64,000 bases of DNA, from contig DAOUHT010000140.1 in assembly GCA_034428375.1 (NCBI GenBank), positions 5,654 through 69,653 on the forward strand. The letters are read 5' to 3'. Source of the stretch: Dehalococcoidia bacterium. GTDB lineage: Bacteria > Chloroflexota > Dehalococcoidia > Lucifugimonadales > Australimonadaceae. A program made the position numbers and the translations under genes. The stretch's first letter is position 1. Every line of letters starts with the position of its first letter. The notes under the pieces are model-generated. The model worked only from the letters and a program-made list of their open reading frames with translations, searched no databases and was not told the origin of the DNA. Below, piece after piece: positions 44,145-52,892 of this stretch.

Positions 44145-45062
44145 TTGTCCTGGGTAGTCATCGCGCTTGCGGGTGCGGCGATCTCCGGGATCGTCAGCAT
44201 CTTCGACAAGACCGTCATCTACCGCTACGCGACCACGCCCCACACGCTGCCGCTGCTCATCGGCATCGCGCAGACGTTTGTCGGGGTCGTCGTGCTGGCC
44301 GCCGTCCGCGTGCCGGACGGGGCGGAGTGGGAACCCGTACTCTGGGCGCTCGTATCCGGCGTGGTGTTCGGCCTCAGCGCGCAGTTCCTGATACGCGTTC
44401 TGTACTGGAATGAAGTGTCGCGCACCATCCCGGTCTTCCAGAGCTACCCCATCTTCACTGCCATCTACGCCTTCTTCTTCCTCGGGGAGAACCTGGGCTT
44501 GGTCGAATGGCTGGCGGTGGCCGTTGTTGTCGCAGGGGCGGTGCTGATCTCGTTCCGGCCCGGGTCCGCTTCCCTCCGCGGCATCCTGACGGACAAGGCG
44601 TTCGTGTTGCTCATGATTGGCAGCGCCATCCACGGCAGCGCGCACATATTCGGCAAGGTGGCGGTGGACGAACTGCCGGTGCTGTTCACACATGCCATCC
44701 GCTCACTCGGACTCGGAGCCGTCTTTTTTGCCTTCAACCTGCGAAGCGGCTCCGTGGACGACGTGCGCACGTTCGTCCGCACCCGCAGCCCGGCGCTGCG
44801 GTTCGTCGCCATGAACGAACTGATCATCGCCACGGTAGGGCTGCTGCTCCTTCTCTGGGCGCTGGCGCTCGGCCCCGCTGCGCTGGTCACTGCGCTGTCC
44901 GGTGCCCGCGCTTTCTTCCTCGTGGTCTACAGCACGGCGCTGGCTCTCGTCTGGAAGGGCGCCCTCGGTGAAGTCACGACGCCCGGCGTCATCGCGGTCA
45001 AGCTCCTCTCGACCGGTCTCATCGTGGCTGGCGTCGCCGCGATCGCACTGGGGAGTGCATAG
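44145..45062 (+). CDS. EamA/DMT-like transporter (tandem paralog 1)
   Basis: A TTG start gives MSWVVIALAGAAISGIVSIFDKTVIYRYA.... The ORF has about 10 TM segments and is colinear with 45066..45977. Confidence 0.75.
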   Translation: MSWVVIALAGAAISGIVSIFDKTVIYRYATTPHTLPLLIGIAQTFVGVVVLAAVRVPDGAEWEPVLWALVSGVVFGLSAQFLIRVLYWNEVSRTIPVFQSYPIFTAIYAFFFLGENLGLVEWLAVAVVVAGAVLISFRPGSASLRGILTDKAFVLLMIGSAIHGSAHIFGKVAVDELPVLFTHAIRSLGLGAVFFAFNLRSGSVDDVRTFVRTRSPALRFVAMNELIIATVGLLLLLWALALGPAALVTALSGARAFFLVVYSTALALVWKGALGEVTTPGVIAVKLLSTGLIVAGVAAIALGSA

Positions 45063-45065
45063 CGG

Positions 45066-45977
45066 ATGTCATGGGTGGCGATCGTGCTAGCGGGCGCGGC
45101 GCTCGCCGCCTGCATCGGCATCCTTGACAAGACCATCATCCACAACTACGCGCGCACGCCGAGCACGGAGCCGCTCGCCATCGGCTTCACCATGCCGCTC
45201 GTCGGGACCACGCTGCTCCTCGTCTTCGGCATCCCGGAGTCGGCCACGTTGGAAACGGTGCTCCTGGCGCTCGCCTCGGGTGCGTTCTACGGCCTGGGCG
45301 CTCACATCCTCATCCACTCGCTGTATACGCGGGAGGTCTCCCGCGCCATACCCGTCTACCAGACCTATCCCATCTTCACCGCGCTTATCGCGTTTTTCTT
45401 CCTCGGCGAGCGGCTGGGCGCTGTCGAATGGCTCGCCGTACTCGCCGTGGTCGCCGGCGCGGTGCTCATCTCGTCTGGCTCCGGCGCGTCACGCGGCTTC
45501 CTGCCGGACAAGACGTTCATGCTGCTCATGCTCGGCAGTCTCATAGAGGGCAGCTCCTTCGTTCTCGGCAAGTCGGCGGTGAACGAGCTGCCGGTGCTGT
45601 TCGCGCACGCGCTGCGCATGTTCGCCCTCAGCGGCGTCCTGCTCGTATTCAACCTGCGGCGCGCTCCGTTGGACGACCTCCTCTCGTTCTTCCGCACCCG
45701 CAGCCCCGCGCTCGGGTATATGGCCGTCAACCAGTTCTTCGTGGCCAACGCGAGCCTCTTCCTGCTCCTCTGGGGACTCTCACTCGGCCCCGTCACGCTC
45801 GTCACCGCGCTCTCCAGCCTGCGGACGTTCTTCCTCGTCGTCTTCACCATCGGCCTCTCGCTCGTGTGGCGGGGTGCGCTCGGCGAAGTCACGACGCGCG
45901 GCACGGTCACGGTCAAGCTCGCCTCCACCGCCCTCATCGTCGGAGGCGCCGTCGTCATCGCCCTCGGCAGCGGATGA
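45066..45977 (+). CDS. EamA/DMT-like transporter (tandem paralog 2)
   Basis: MSWVAIVLAGAALAACIGILDKTIIHNYA.... It starts 3 nt after paralog 1. Confidence 0.75.
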   Translation: MSWVAIVLAGAALAACIGILDKTIIHNYARTPSTEPLAIGFTMPLVGTTLLLVFGIPESATLETVLLALASGAFYGLGAHILIHSLYTREVSRAIPVYQTYPIFTALIAFFFLGERLGAVEWLAVLAVVAGAVLISSGSGASRGFLPDKTFMLLMLGSLIEGSSFVLGKSAVNELPVLFAHALRMFALSGVLLVFNLRRAPLDDLLSFFRTRSPALGYMAVNQFFVANASLFLLLWGLSLGPVTLVTALSSLRTFFLVVFTIGLSLVWRGALGEVTTRGTVTVKLASTALIVGGAVVIALGSG

Positions 45978-46064
45978 CACACATGTCGCCGCTGTGACAT
46001 TTGCCTCTTACCCGGTCGACTCTGCGTTAGTTACGCTGGAGACATGACTACGCGCCCGGCATCA

Positions 46065-46292
46065 CCCATAGACCGCGTCTATAGCTCGCCCCGCTGCTAT
46101 AGACAGGATCTATGGGTCGGCGCGGCAACTTTTGAAATCGTTGAGCACCTTGTTCGGTCTTCTCGGGAAGCAGGCCGTGGCCTTGCGCACAGCGGCACAA
46201 GATGCTCAAGATGCTCAGATAGGGGGACCGGTTTGCTCGTAACGCAGTGAACAAGGTGTTCAGGATTCAGGCAGCGTTGAGCACCTTGTTCG
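46065..46292. promoter_or_regulatory. structured low-GC non-coding region with nested dyads and direct repeats upstream of an MFS gene
   Basis: A dyad pairs CCCATAGACCGCGTCTATAGC (46065-85) with GCTATAGACAGGATCTATGGG (46096-116). GTTGAGCACCTTGTTCG occurs twice (46140-56, 46276-92) with an inverted copy TGAACAAGGTGTTCA (46248-62). CAAGATGCT occurs twice in tandem (46198-215). Confidence 0.4.
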
Positions 46293-46326
46293 AGCCACCC
46301 TGTGGCTGCCTGCAACCTGTGCAAGA

Positions 46327-47649
46327 ATGAGAATCCCGCCGATGAGCAGCAACACACCCGCACGACGCTTCACTCTCTACCCGTCCTTCCGCGGATGGTG
46401 GATCGTCGGCGTCTCGTTCCTCGCACTCTTCACCCACGGCGCGGCCACGAGTTACCTCTTCGGCCTGCTCGTCGTCCCGATGGAGAACGACCTCGGCTGG
46501 AGCCGCACGACGCTCACGGGCGCGCTCACCGTCGCCACGTTCGTCTCCGCCGGGCTCGGCATGGTGCTCGGCCCGTTGTTCGACAGGAGCGGCGCGCGGC
46601 TCGGCATGACGCTCAGCGCCCTGTTCGGCGGCGCGTGCCTCCTGCTGCTGGCGTTCACGGACGTACCATGGGCGTACTACCTGCTGCTCGGCGTCGGAGT
46701 CGGCGCGGCGCGGACGGGACTGGAGATCGTGGGCCCGCGCACGGCTATCGCCAACTGGTTCATCCGCCGCCGTGCTGCCGCGTTCGCCTGGTCCAGCGGC
46801 GGACGTGCCGCGTTCGGGTTCCTGATGGTCCCCGTCTTCGCCATCCTCATCGAGCAGACCTCATGGCGTTCAGGATGGGCCGTCCTCGGCGTCGTCGAGA
46901 TATTCATCCTCGCCCCGCTCGTCTGGGTCATCGTACGCCGCAGGCCCGAGGACTATGGGCAGTTGCCCGACGGCGACCTTCCCGGCACCGTGCGGACGTC
47001 GGCGCGAGAGCGGTCGCGCACCGTCGCTGACGAGGACAGTTGGACGCTGCGGGAGGCTGTCCGCACGCGAACGCTCTGGCTCATAGTTATATCGATCATG
47101 CTCACCGGGTTCCCCGCCACCGGCGTCATCGCCAACATGGTGCCGTACTTCATCGATGAGGGTCTCACCTCGACGTTCGCGTCGAGCGCGTTCGCGTTCT
47201 TCGGCTTCGGCGCGATGCTCGGACGTCCGTTCTGGGGCTATATCGCCGCCCGCTTTGGCGTGCACGCCGGCCTGACGCTCTGGGGGTTCGGCTACTCCCT
47301 CTCTATCGCGCTCTACGTCCTGGCGGACACGCCCGCCACCCTCTTCGCTGCCGCGTGGCCGATTGGCCTCGTCATCGGCGGCTCGCAGCAACTGCAGTCG
47401 CAGGCGTGGCCGGACTACTTCGGGCGAAGGCACGTCGGCGCTATCACGGGCCTCACCGTCCTGCTCGTCACTCCAGCGATGGCGCTCGGCCCGCTCGTCA
47501 CCGCGGCCGCCTTCGACCTCACAGGGAGCTACGAGCCGGTGCACACGGCCTACGTCGTAGGTGCGTTCTTCGCCGGGTTCTTCTTCCTCGCCGCCCGCCG
47601 CCCGCGGCGGAAATCCTCGTCCCCTCTCCCTGCAAGGGAAGAGGGCTAG
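46327..47649 (+). CDS. MFS transporter (oxalate/formate antiporter-like)
   Basis: GWWIVGVSFLALFTHGAATSYLFGLLVVPMENDLGWSRTTLTGAL... with about 12 TM segments. The start could instead be ATG 46342. The last residues (SSPLPAREEG) and the stop lie in a repeat element. Confidence 0.8.
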   Translation: MRIPPMSSNTPARRFTLYPSFRGWWIVGVSFLALFTHGAATSYLFGLLVVPMENDLGWSRTTLTGALTVATFVSAGLGMVLGPLFDRSGARLGMTLSALFGGACLLLLAFTDVPWAYYLLLGVGVGAARTGLEIVGPRTAIANWFIRRRAAAFAWSSGGRAAFGFLMVPVFAILIEQTSWRSGWAVLGVVEIFILAPLVWVIVRRRPEDYGQLPDGDLPGTVRTSARERSRTVADEDSWTLREAVRTRTLWLIVISIMLTGFPATGVIANMVPYFIDEGLTSTFASSAFAFFGFGAMLGRPFWGYIAARFGVHAGLTLWGFGYSLSIALYVLADTPATLFAAAWPIGLVIGGSQQLQSQAWPDYFGRRHVGAITGLTVLLVTPAMALGPLVTAAAFDLTGSYEPVHTAYVVGAFFAGFFFLAARRPRRKSSSPLPAREEG

Positions 47650-47660
47650 ACTGAGGGTAC
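47619..47660 (+). repeat. interspersed repeat overlapping the 3' end of the MFS CDS
   Basis: TCCCCTCTCCCtgcaaGGGAAGAGGGctagactGAGGGTAC is the same family as 19111, 22151 and 27626. It contains the TAG stop at 47647-47649. Confidence 0.65.
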
Positions 47661-47712
47661 TGTGGAGGGGGGGCTGGGAGGCCTGTGACGTTGCGCGTGC
47701 GAACGGACCCTG

Positions 47713-47901
47713 CTACGCCTGCCGTCCCCCGCGACGCCGGAGCGCCAGCACGGCTATCGCCAGCGGGATTGCGACCACCACAACCGCGATGGCAGTGACG
47801 ATCACTACCGGCCCTTGCCCGAGGATCGAGTCCAACGTGTGGACGAGCCACTCCAGCAGCTCCGAGTCCGTCGGCTCCGAGTGATGCGCGCGTATGCCCA
47901 C
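47713..47901 (-). CDS. small single-TM protein (hypothetical)
   Basis: The 62-aa ORF starts 3 nt after the stop of the upstream MFS gene. It has a hydrophobic core VVIVTAIAVVVVAIPLAIAVLAL followed by RRRGGR, and GC3-rich codons. Confidence 0.4.
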   Translation of the reverse strand: MGIRAHHSEPTDSELLEWLVHTLDSILGQGPVVIVTAIAVVVVAIPLAIAVLALRRRGGRQA

Positions 47902-47904
47902 GAC

Positions 47905-49236
47905 CTACGCCTCCGCGAGCCGCATGGGCCGGTAGCGCGCCGAGACCTCCCGCTCCCGCAGCGTCCACGCCATGAACGACGCTCCTCCCAGCATCAGCAC
48001 CGACACCACCCAGAATGGGTCATAGGAGCCGAAGTAGTCGAAGGAGAACCCGGCCACGAGCACGGCGACTGCCCCCGCGCACATGTGGACCATCGTGAGC
48101 ATGCCGGTGATGGTGCCGACGTTGCGCACGCCGTACACCTCCGCCGTCAGCGCACTCGTCTGGGGCACCGTCGCCAGCCACGAACTGCCCGCGACGACCG
48201 CGAACACCCAAAGCCCCATAGGGGACGGAAATACCAGCAGCGCCAGGAAGCCCAACCCTCGCACCGCGTAGATGACGGTGAGTGCATTCTTCCGTTGTAC
48301 GCGATCGGAGATGAAGAAGCCCATGATGAGCACACTCGCCATGTTGGCGAAGCTGAGCAGCCCGAACGCGAGAGCGGCAGTCGTCTCGTTGATGCCCTCT
48401 GTTTTCGCGAATGAAACGAAGTGCACTGCGATGACCGCCGTAGTCACGCCGCAGACGACGTAGGTGAGCGTGAGCTGCCACATGGGGGCGGAGTGATACG
48501 CCTGACGCCAGTGCGACACGGTGAGCGGGCCATCGTATATCTGGGGTCTCCGGGAGCCGTCCGCGTTCGTCGCCGCATCGCCGTCCGGCCTCAGCCCCAT
48601 GAGGGATGGACGGTCGCGGACCACGATAAACACAAGCGGCAACACCAGCACCAGCATGATTCCTGCGATGACTCCCAGTGCGACCCTCCAGTTGGCGAGC
48701 TCCAGGAGGTAGGCCGCGAACGGGATCAGCAGCATCGCGCCGCCGGAGCCGCCTGCTGTGATGACGCTCAGCGCGGCGCCCCGCCTGCGAACGAACCAGC
48801 GCGAGATGAGCGGCGTGAGCGGGGTGAACATCGCCCCTGCGTTGGAGAAGGAGGCGAGCGTAGCGTAGAAGAACGCCAGCGCCCAGATGTTGAAGGAGAA
48901 CGCCATTCCTATGGTGCTTACGCCCAGTACAGCGACGCTCACACCGGCAACCACGCGTGCTCCGTACCGGTCGGCGAGCCCGCCCACCACCGGCTGCGCT
49001 ACGCCGTTCACCATCCATCCGACGAAGGCAACGGTGGACAGGAACGAGACCGACACCTCGTACTCCTCCGTCCACGACGGGAGGAACAGCCCGAAACTCT
49101 GCCGGAAGCCGATGGAGACGAACACCATGAAGAAAACGGCCGCTACGATGTACCAGCCGTAGAAGATTCCGCGTTGCCCCTTCGTACCCGGGGCTCCGCC
49201 TAGTGAGCCGTCTGACGCCACACCTGCCCCCTTCAC
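47905..49236 (-). CDS. MFS transporter (oxalate/formate antiporter-like)
   Basis: GIFYGWYIVAAVFFMVFVSIGFRQSFGLFLPSWTEEYEVS... with about 12 TM segments. Confidence 0.8.
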   Translation of the reverse strand: MKGAGVASDGSLGGAPGTKGQRGIFYGWYIVAAVFFMVFVSIGFRQSFGLFLPSWTEEYEVSVSFLSTVAFVGWMVNGVAQPVVGGLADRYGARVVAGVSVAVLGVSTIGMAFSFNIWALAFFYATLASFSNAGAMFTPLTPLISRWFVRRRGAALSVITAGGSGGAMLLIPFAAYLLELANWRVALGVIAGIMLVLVLPLVFIVVRDRPSLMGLRPDGDAATNADGSRRPQIYDGPLTVSHWRQAYHSAPMWQLTLTYVVCGVTTAVIAVHFVSFAKTEGINETTAALAFGLLSFANMASVLIMGFFISDRVQRKNALTVIYAVRGLGFLALLVFPSPMGLWVFAVVAGSSWLATVPQTSALTAEVYGVRNVGTITGMLTMVHMCAGAVAVLVAGFSFDYFGSYDPFWVVSVLMLGGASFMAWTLREREVSARYRPMRLAEA

Positions 49237-49292
49237 CCGCTCCCGCGATTATACGCGCCGCTCTCTCGTGCCGTTCTGCCAGGCCGGGCTGC

Positions 49293-50555
49293 CTACAACT
49301 CCAGCCGGCGGTATCGCGGGAACGCAATGGTTGCGAAGGCGATGATTACCAGCCCTGCGATGCCCGCGATCAAGAAGGCGTTGTCTACGCCGTACACCCG
49401 GGAGAGCCCCCCACCCACCAACCCCCAGAACGGCATCATGCCGATCTCCATCTGGTAAACGCCTATCACGCGGCCCCGCAGCCGGTCCGGCGTCAGCGAC
49501 TGGACGATGGTCATGTTCATCGTCATCACCACCTGCACGAACATCTGCTGCAGCAGGAGCGCAAGCATCGCCATCCAGAGTTCGTCCACTTGCGAGAGGA
49601 CGATGACGCTGACCGCCGACAGTACGAAAGCCACGGAGGCGATTACCCCCTTCCGCCGCGCCGAGCTGAACACCGCGATCAGCGTCGTTCCCAGGAACCC
49701 GCCGATGCCCATCGCCATCAGGACCAGCCCGAGGTACGTTCCATCCGTGTTGAGCAGGATCTCCGCGGTGTAGACCGGCAACTGGTTGAACACCATCGCC
49801 AGCATGGTGATCGACATCGCGAAGGTCATCAGGACGGTGATGCGTGTGGATGGGTCGCTGATGACGCGGGCGAAGCCCTCCTTGAGGTTCTGCAGCGGCG
49901 AACTCTCCCGGGCGCGGTTCTGGTCCGTGTTGGAGTACGGCGTCCGCATGCGGGTGACAAGCAGCAGCGCCGCCAGGAAGAGGACGCCCTGGATGAGGAA
50001 GTTGACGCCTGGCCCGAAGAAGGCGATGACCAGCCCGCCGACGGCCGGGCCGACGGCGCGCATGAGGTTGAACGACATGGAGATCATCGCCGTCGCGTTC
50101 ATCAGCGCCTCGCGAGGCACCGTGTTTGCGATGAGCACGTGACGCACCGGGTTGTTCCCTGCCCACAGCAGCCCGAACAACAGCGCGAATACGTACAGGT
50201 GCCACAGTTGCTGCAGGTCGTACAGCAGCACCAGCGCGAACCCGAACACGAGCACTGTGACCAGCGCCTGGTCCACCAGCAGCAGCTTCCGCCGGTCGAC
50301 GCGGTCGGCGATCACTCCCGTCACCGGTGACAGCAGCAGCGGGAGCGTCCGGACGCCGACAACCCCTGCGGTGTGCAGCGCATCGCGGGTGAGGTCGTAT
50401 GCGAGCCAGCCGAGTGTCACCTGCTGGAACCAGATGCCCCCGGCCACGAGGGCCGTGGTGAACCAGAGGATGCGGTAGTCGGGGTAGTGCAGCGCCTGCC
50501 GGGAGACGGCGCTCTGCGTCGCGGACGCGGCTGGCTGCTCGTTCGGAGTACGCAT
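49293..50555 (-). CDS. MFS transporter
   Basis: YPDYRILWFTTALVAGGIWFQQVTLGWLAYDLT.... It is a paralog of 31341..32615. Confidence 0.8.
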   Translation of the reverse strand: MRTPNEQPAASATQSAVSRQALHYPDYRILWFTTALVAGGIWFQQVTLGWLAYDLTRDALHTAGVVGVRTLPLLLSPVTGVIADRVDRRKLLLVDQALVTVLVFGFALVLLYDLQQLWHLYVFALLFGLLWAGNNPVRHVLIANTVPREALMNATAMISMSFNLMRAVGPAVGGLVIAFFGPGVNFLIQGVLFLAALLLVTRMRTPYSNTDQNRARESSPLQNLKEGFARVISDPSTRITVLMTFAMSITMLAMVFNQLPVYTAEILLNTDGTYLGLVLMAMGIGGFLGTTLIAVFSSARRKGVIASVAFVLSAVSVIVLSQVDELWMAMLALLLQQMFVQVVMTMNMTIVQSLTPDRLRGRVIGVYQMEIGMMPFWGLVGGGLSRVYGVDNAFLIAGIAGLVIIAFATIAFPRYRRLEL

Positions 50556-50671
50556 GGGGCTGCCCCACTATACGCCCCCGTTTCCTCCCACCGTTCTGTT
50601 CCCGGTTTGGACATGGACAGGGCGGGGTCTATACTCCGCGCAGCAGAAGCTTGGTGCGAAGGAGGAAGGCC

Positions 50672-51742
50672 ATGAGCGCGAACATCGAGCTGGTCATCGA
50701 CGCCGACGGGCACGTCCAGGAGGACAACGACGGGATCAGAGAGTTCCTGCCTACCCCCTTCCTCAGGGACAGGATGCGGACCATCTTCCCGCCCTTCGAT
50801 CACTTCCACCGCTACCACCTGATCCACCCGGACCCCGAGCGCGTCAAGCGGGGCGTGGTGGGGCCGGACGAATGGGTGACGTTCCTGGACGACGTCGGCA
50901 TCGACACCACCGTGCTCTACCCGACGCAGGGGCTCGCTTACGGCAAGATCACCGCCATCGACTGGGCGGTCGCAGCGACACAGGCGTACAACGACTGGCT
51001 CCACGCCACCTACTGCGCCCGGGACTCGCGTTTCAAGGGCATGGCGCTGATCCCGATGCAGGACCCCGTCGCCGCGGTCGAGGAGCTCCGGCGAGCGGTG
51101 ACCGAGCTCGGGATGGTGGGCGCGATGCTCCCCTCGCGCGGGCTGATCGGGCACCTCGGGGCCAAGATGTACTGGCCCGTGTACGAGGAGGCGGACCGTC
51201 TGGGCTGCGCGGTCGCGATCCACGGCGGGTGCCACGACGGCATGGGGTTCGACGACCTCAACCGGTACGCGCCCGTCCACGCGATGGGGCATCCGATGGG
51301 CGTCATGATTGGGATGGCCAGCATCGTCTTCAACGGCGTGCTGGACCGGTTCCCCAATATGCGGATGAGCTTCCTGGAGGGCGGCATCGGGTGGTTCCTC
51401 ATGGTGATGGAGCGGTTCGACCGCTCGCACGTTACGCACATCGAAGATGACCCGGAGGGCGAGTACGGCCCGCACGGCGACGAGATACCCAGTGAGTACA
51501 TCCTGCGGCACATCCGCGAGGGGCGGCTGTACGTTGGGTGCGAGGGCGAAGAGCCTGCGCTCGGGTTCGCGGCGACGCGCTACAGCCCTGACGCATTCCT
51601 GTACTCCAGCGACTTCCCCCACGAGGTCACGACGGAGATGTGCAAGCGGGAGATACAGGAAGTACGCGAGAGCGAGGAGTTGGCGGACACCGACAAGGAA
51701 GCGATTCTGAGCCGGAACGCCTTGCGCTATTACCGCCTGTGA
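50672..51742 (+). CDS. amidohydrolase_2 (ACMSD-like) family protein
   Basis: MSANIELVIDADGHVQE...AIHGG...SSDFPHE is a typical PF04909-type metal-ligand pattern. ATG 50672 lies within the track ORF. Confidence 0.8.
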   Translation: MSANIELVIDADGHVQEDNDGIREFLPTPFLRDRMRTIFPPFDHFHRYHLIHPDPERVKRGVVGPDEWVTFLDDVGIDTTVLYPTQGLAYGKITAIDWAVAATQAYNDWLHATYCARDSRFKGMALIPMQDPVAAVEELRRAVTELGMVGAMLPSRGLIGHLGAKMYWPVYEEADRLGCAVAIHGGCHDGMGFDDLNRYAPVHAMGHPMGVMIGMASIVFNGVLDRFPNMRMSFLEGGIGWFLMVMERFDRSHVTHIEDDPEGEYGPHGDEIPSEYILRHIREGRLYVGCEGEEPALGFAATRYSPDAFLYSSDFPHEVTTEMCKREIQEVRESEELADTDKEAILSRNALRYYRL

Positions 51743-51746
51743 GACG

Positions 51747-52679
51747 TTGAACGTACTGGTAACAGGCGGGGCGGGCTTCATCGGCTCCCACCTCGTGGAC
51801 AGACTCATTGCGGACGGCCATACCGTCGCTGCCGTGGACATCCTGGCCACCGGCAAATGGGCGAACGTCAATCCGCAGGCAGCGCTCTACGAGATCGACA
51901 TCCGGAGTCCGGCGCTTGCGGCTGCGTTCGAGGCCGCACGGCCGGAGGTCGTCTTCCACGTCGCGGCCCACGCCAGCGTCAGTGAGTCCGTCCGCGACCC
52001 GATGCACGACGCCGAAGTGAATGTGCTCGGCACGTTGAATGTCCTCCAGCAGTGCGCCGCTTATGGGGTGGGGCGCTTCGTGTTCAGTTCGACAGGCGGC
52101 GCGCTCTATGGCGAACCCGAGCGGCTGCCCGCCGATGAGGAGCATCCCGTCTGTCCGCTCTCTCCGTACGGCGCGTCCAAGGCGGCGGCCGAGGCATACG
52201 TGCAAACGCACTGCACTCTCTCGGGCATCCGTTACACCATCCTGCGCTACGGCAACGTCTACGGCCCACGGCAGGACCCTTTCGGCGAAGCGGGGGTCGT
52301 CGCCATCTTCGCCAATGCCATGATGGGCGGAAGGCCTCCCACGATCTTCGGCGACGGCTCGCATGAACGGGACTACGTGTACGTGGACGACGTGGTGCGC
52401 GCGAACGTGCTCGCGCTCGCGCAGGCCGAGGACGGGGTGTACAACATCGGAACGGGAGAAGGGACGACGGTTGCGCAGGTGTTCGATGCGCTCGCCGGAG
52501 CCACGGACTACGGCGGCGACCCGGAACACGTGGCGGAGCGTCCGGGCGACGTCCATCGCATCTACCTGGACGTCCGCCGTGCGGAGCGAGGGCTCGGGTG
52601 GCGTGCGTCCGTGTCGCTTGAAGAGGGCATACGTTGCACCGTCGATGCGATGCGTGAGGCGGAGGCAGGCAAAGAGTGA
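51747..52679 (+). CDS. NAD-dependent epimerase/dehydratase (GalE-like)
   Basis: A TTG start gives MNVLVTGGAGFIGSHLVDRL...SPYGASKAAAE, the Rossmann plus YxxxK pattern. Confidence 0.85.
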   Translation: MNVLVTGGAGFIGSHLVDRLIADGHTVAAVDILATGKWANVNPQAALYEIDIRSPALAAAFEAARPEVVFHVAAHASVSESVRDPMHDAEVNVLGTLNVLQQCAAYGVGRFVFSSTGGALYGEPERLPADEEHPVCPLSPYGASKAAAEAYVQTHCTLSGIRYTILRYGNVYGPRQDPFGEAGVVAIFANAMMGGRPPTIFGDGSHERDYVYVDDVVRANVLALAQAEDGVYNIGTGEGTTVAQVFDALAGATDYGGDPEHVAERPGDVHRIYLDVRRAERGLGWRASVSLEEGIRCTVDAMREAEAGKE

Positions 52680-52701
52680 CGTTCGACTGTTCGCGCTCGC
52701 G

Positions 52702-52732
52702 TTGACAGCGGTGCCGTCAGCCCGACTATGAT
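52702..52732 (+). promoter_or_regulatory. near-consensus sigma70-like promoter with a 19-bp spacer
   Basis: TTGACA (52702-07), a 19-nt spacer, then TATGAT (52727-32). The spacer contains the imperfect dyad GACAGC-ggt-GCCGTC. Confidence 0.4.
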
Positions 52733-52759
52733 GGCGCTAGTTCCACGAGGAGTTGATTC

Positions 52760-52885
52760 GTGAAAGACCTGATCTGGCCATTCAGCAACGCTGAAGACAT
52801 CGGTTACATCCTCTGGCCAGTGGCCGCCGGAGGCGTCATCGCCACCGGCGCCCTGCTCATCATCCTCAGCTTCGTCTGGCCGTAG
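52760..52885 (+). CDS. 41-aa putative membrane micro-protein
   Basis: A GTG start 7 nt after GAGGAG gives MKDLIWPFSNAEDIGYILWPVAAGGVIATGALLIILSFVWP. It has GC3-rich codons and ends 7 nt before the hydrolase ATG. It is too short for the ORF track. Confidence 0.35.
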   Translation: MKDLIWPFSNAEDIGYILWPVAAGGVIATGALLIILSFVWP

Positions 52886-52892
52886 GCGCTCC

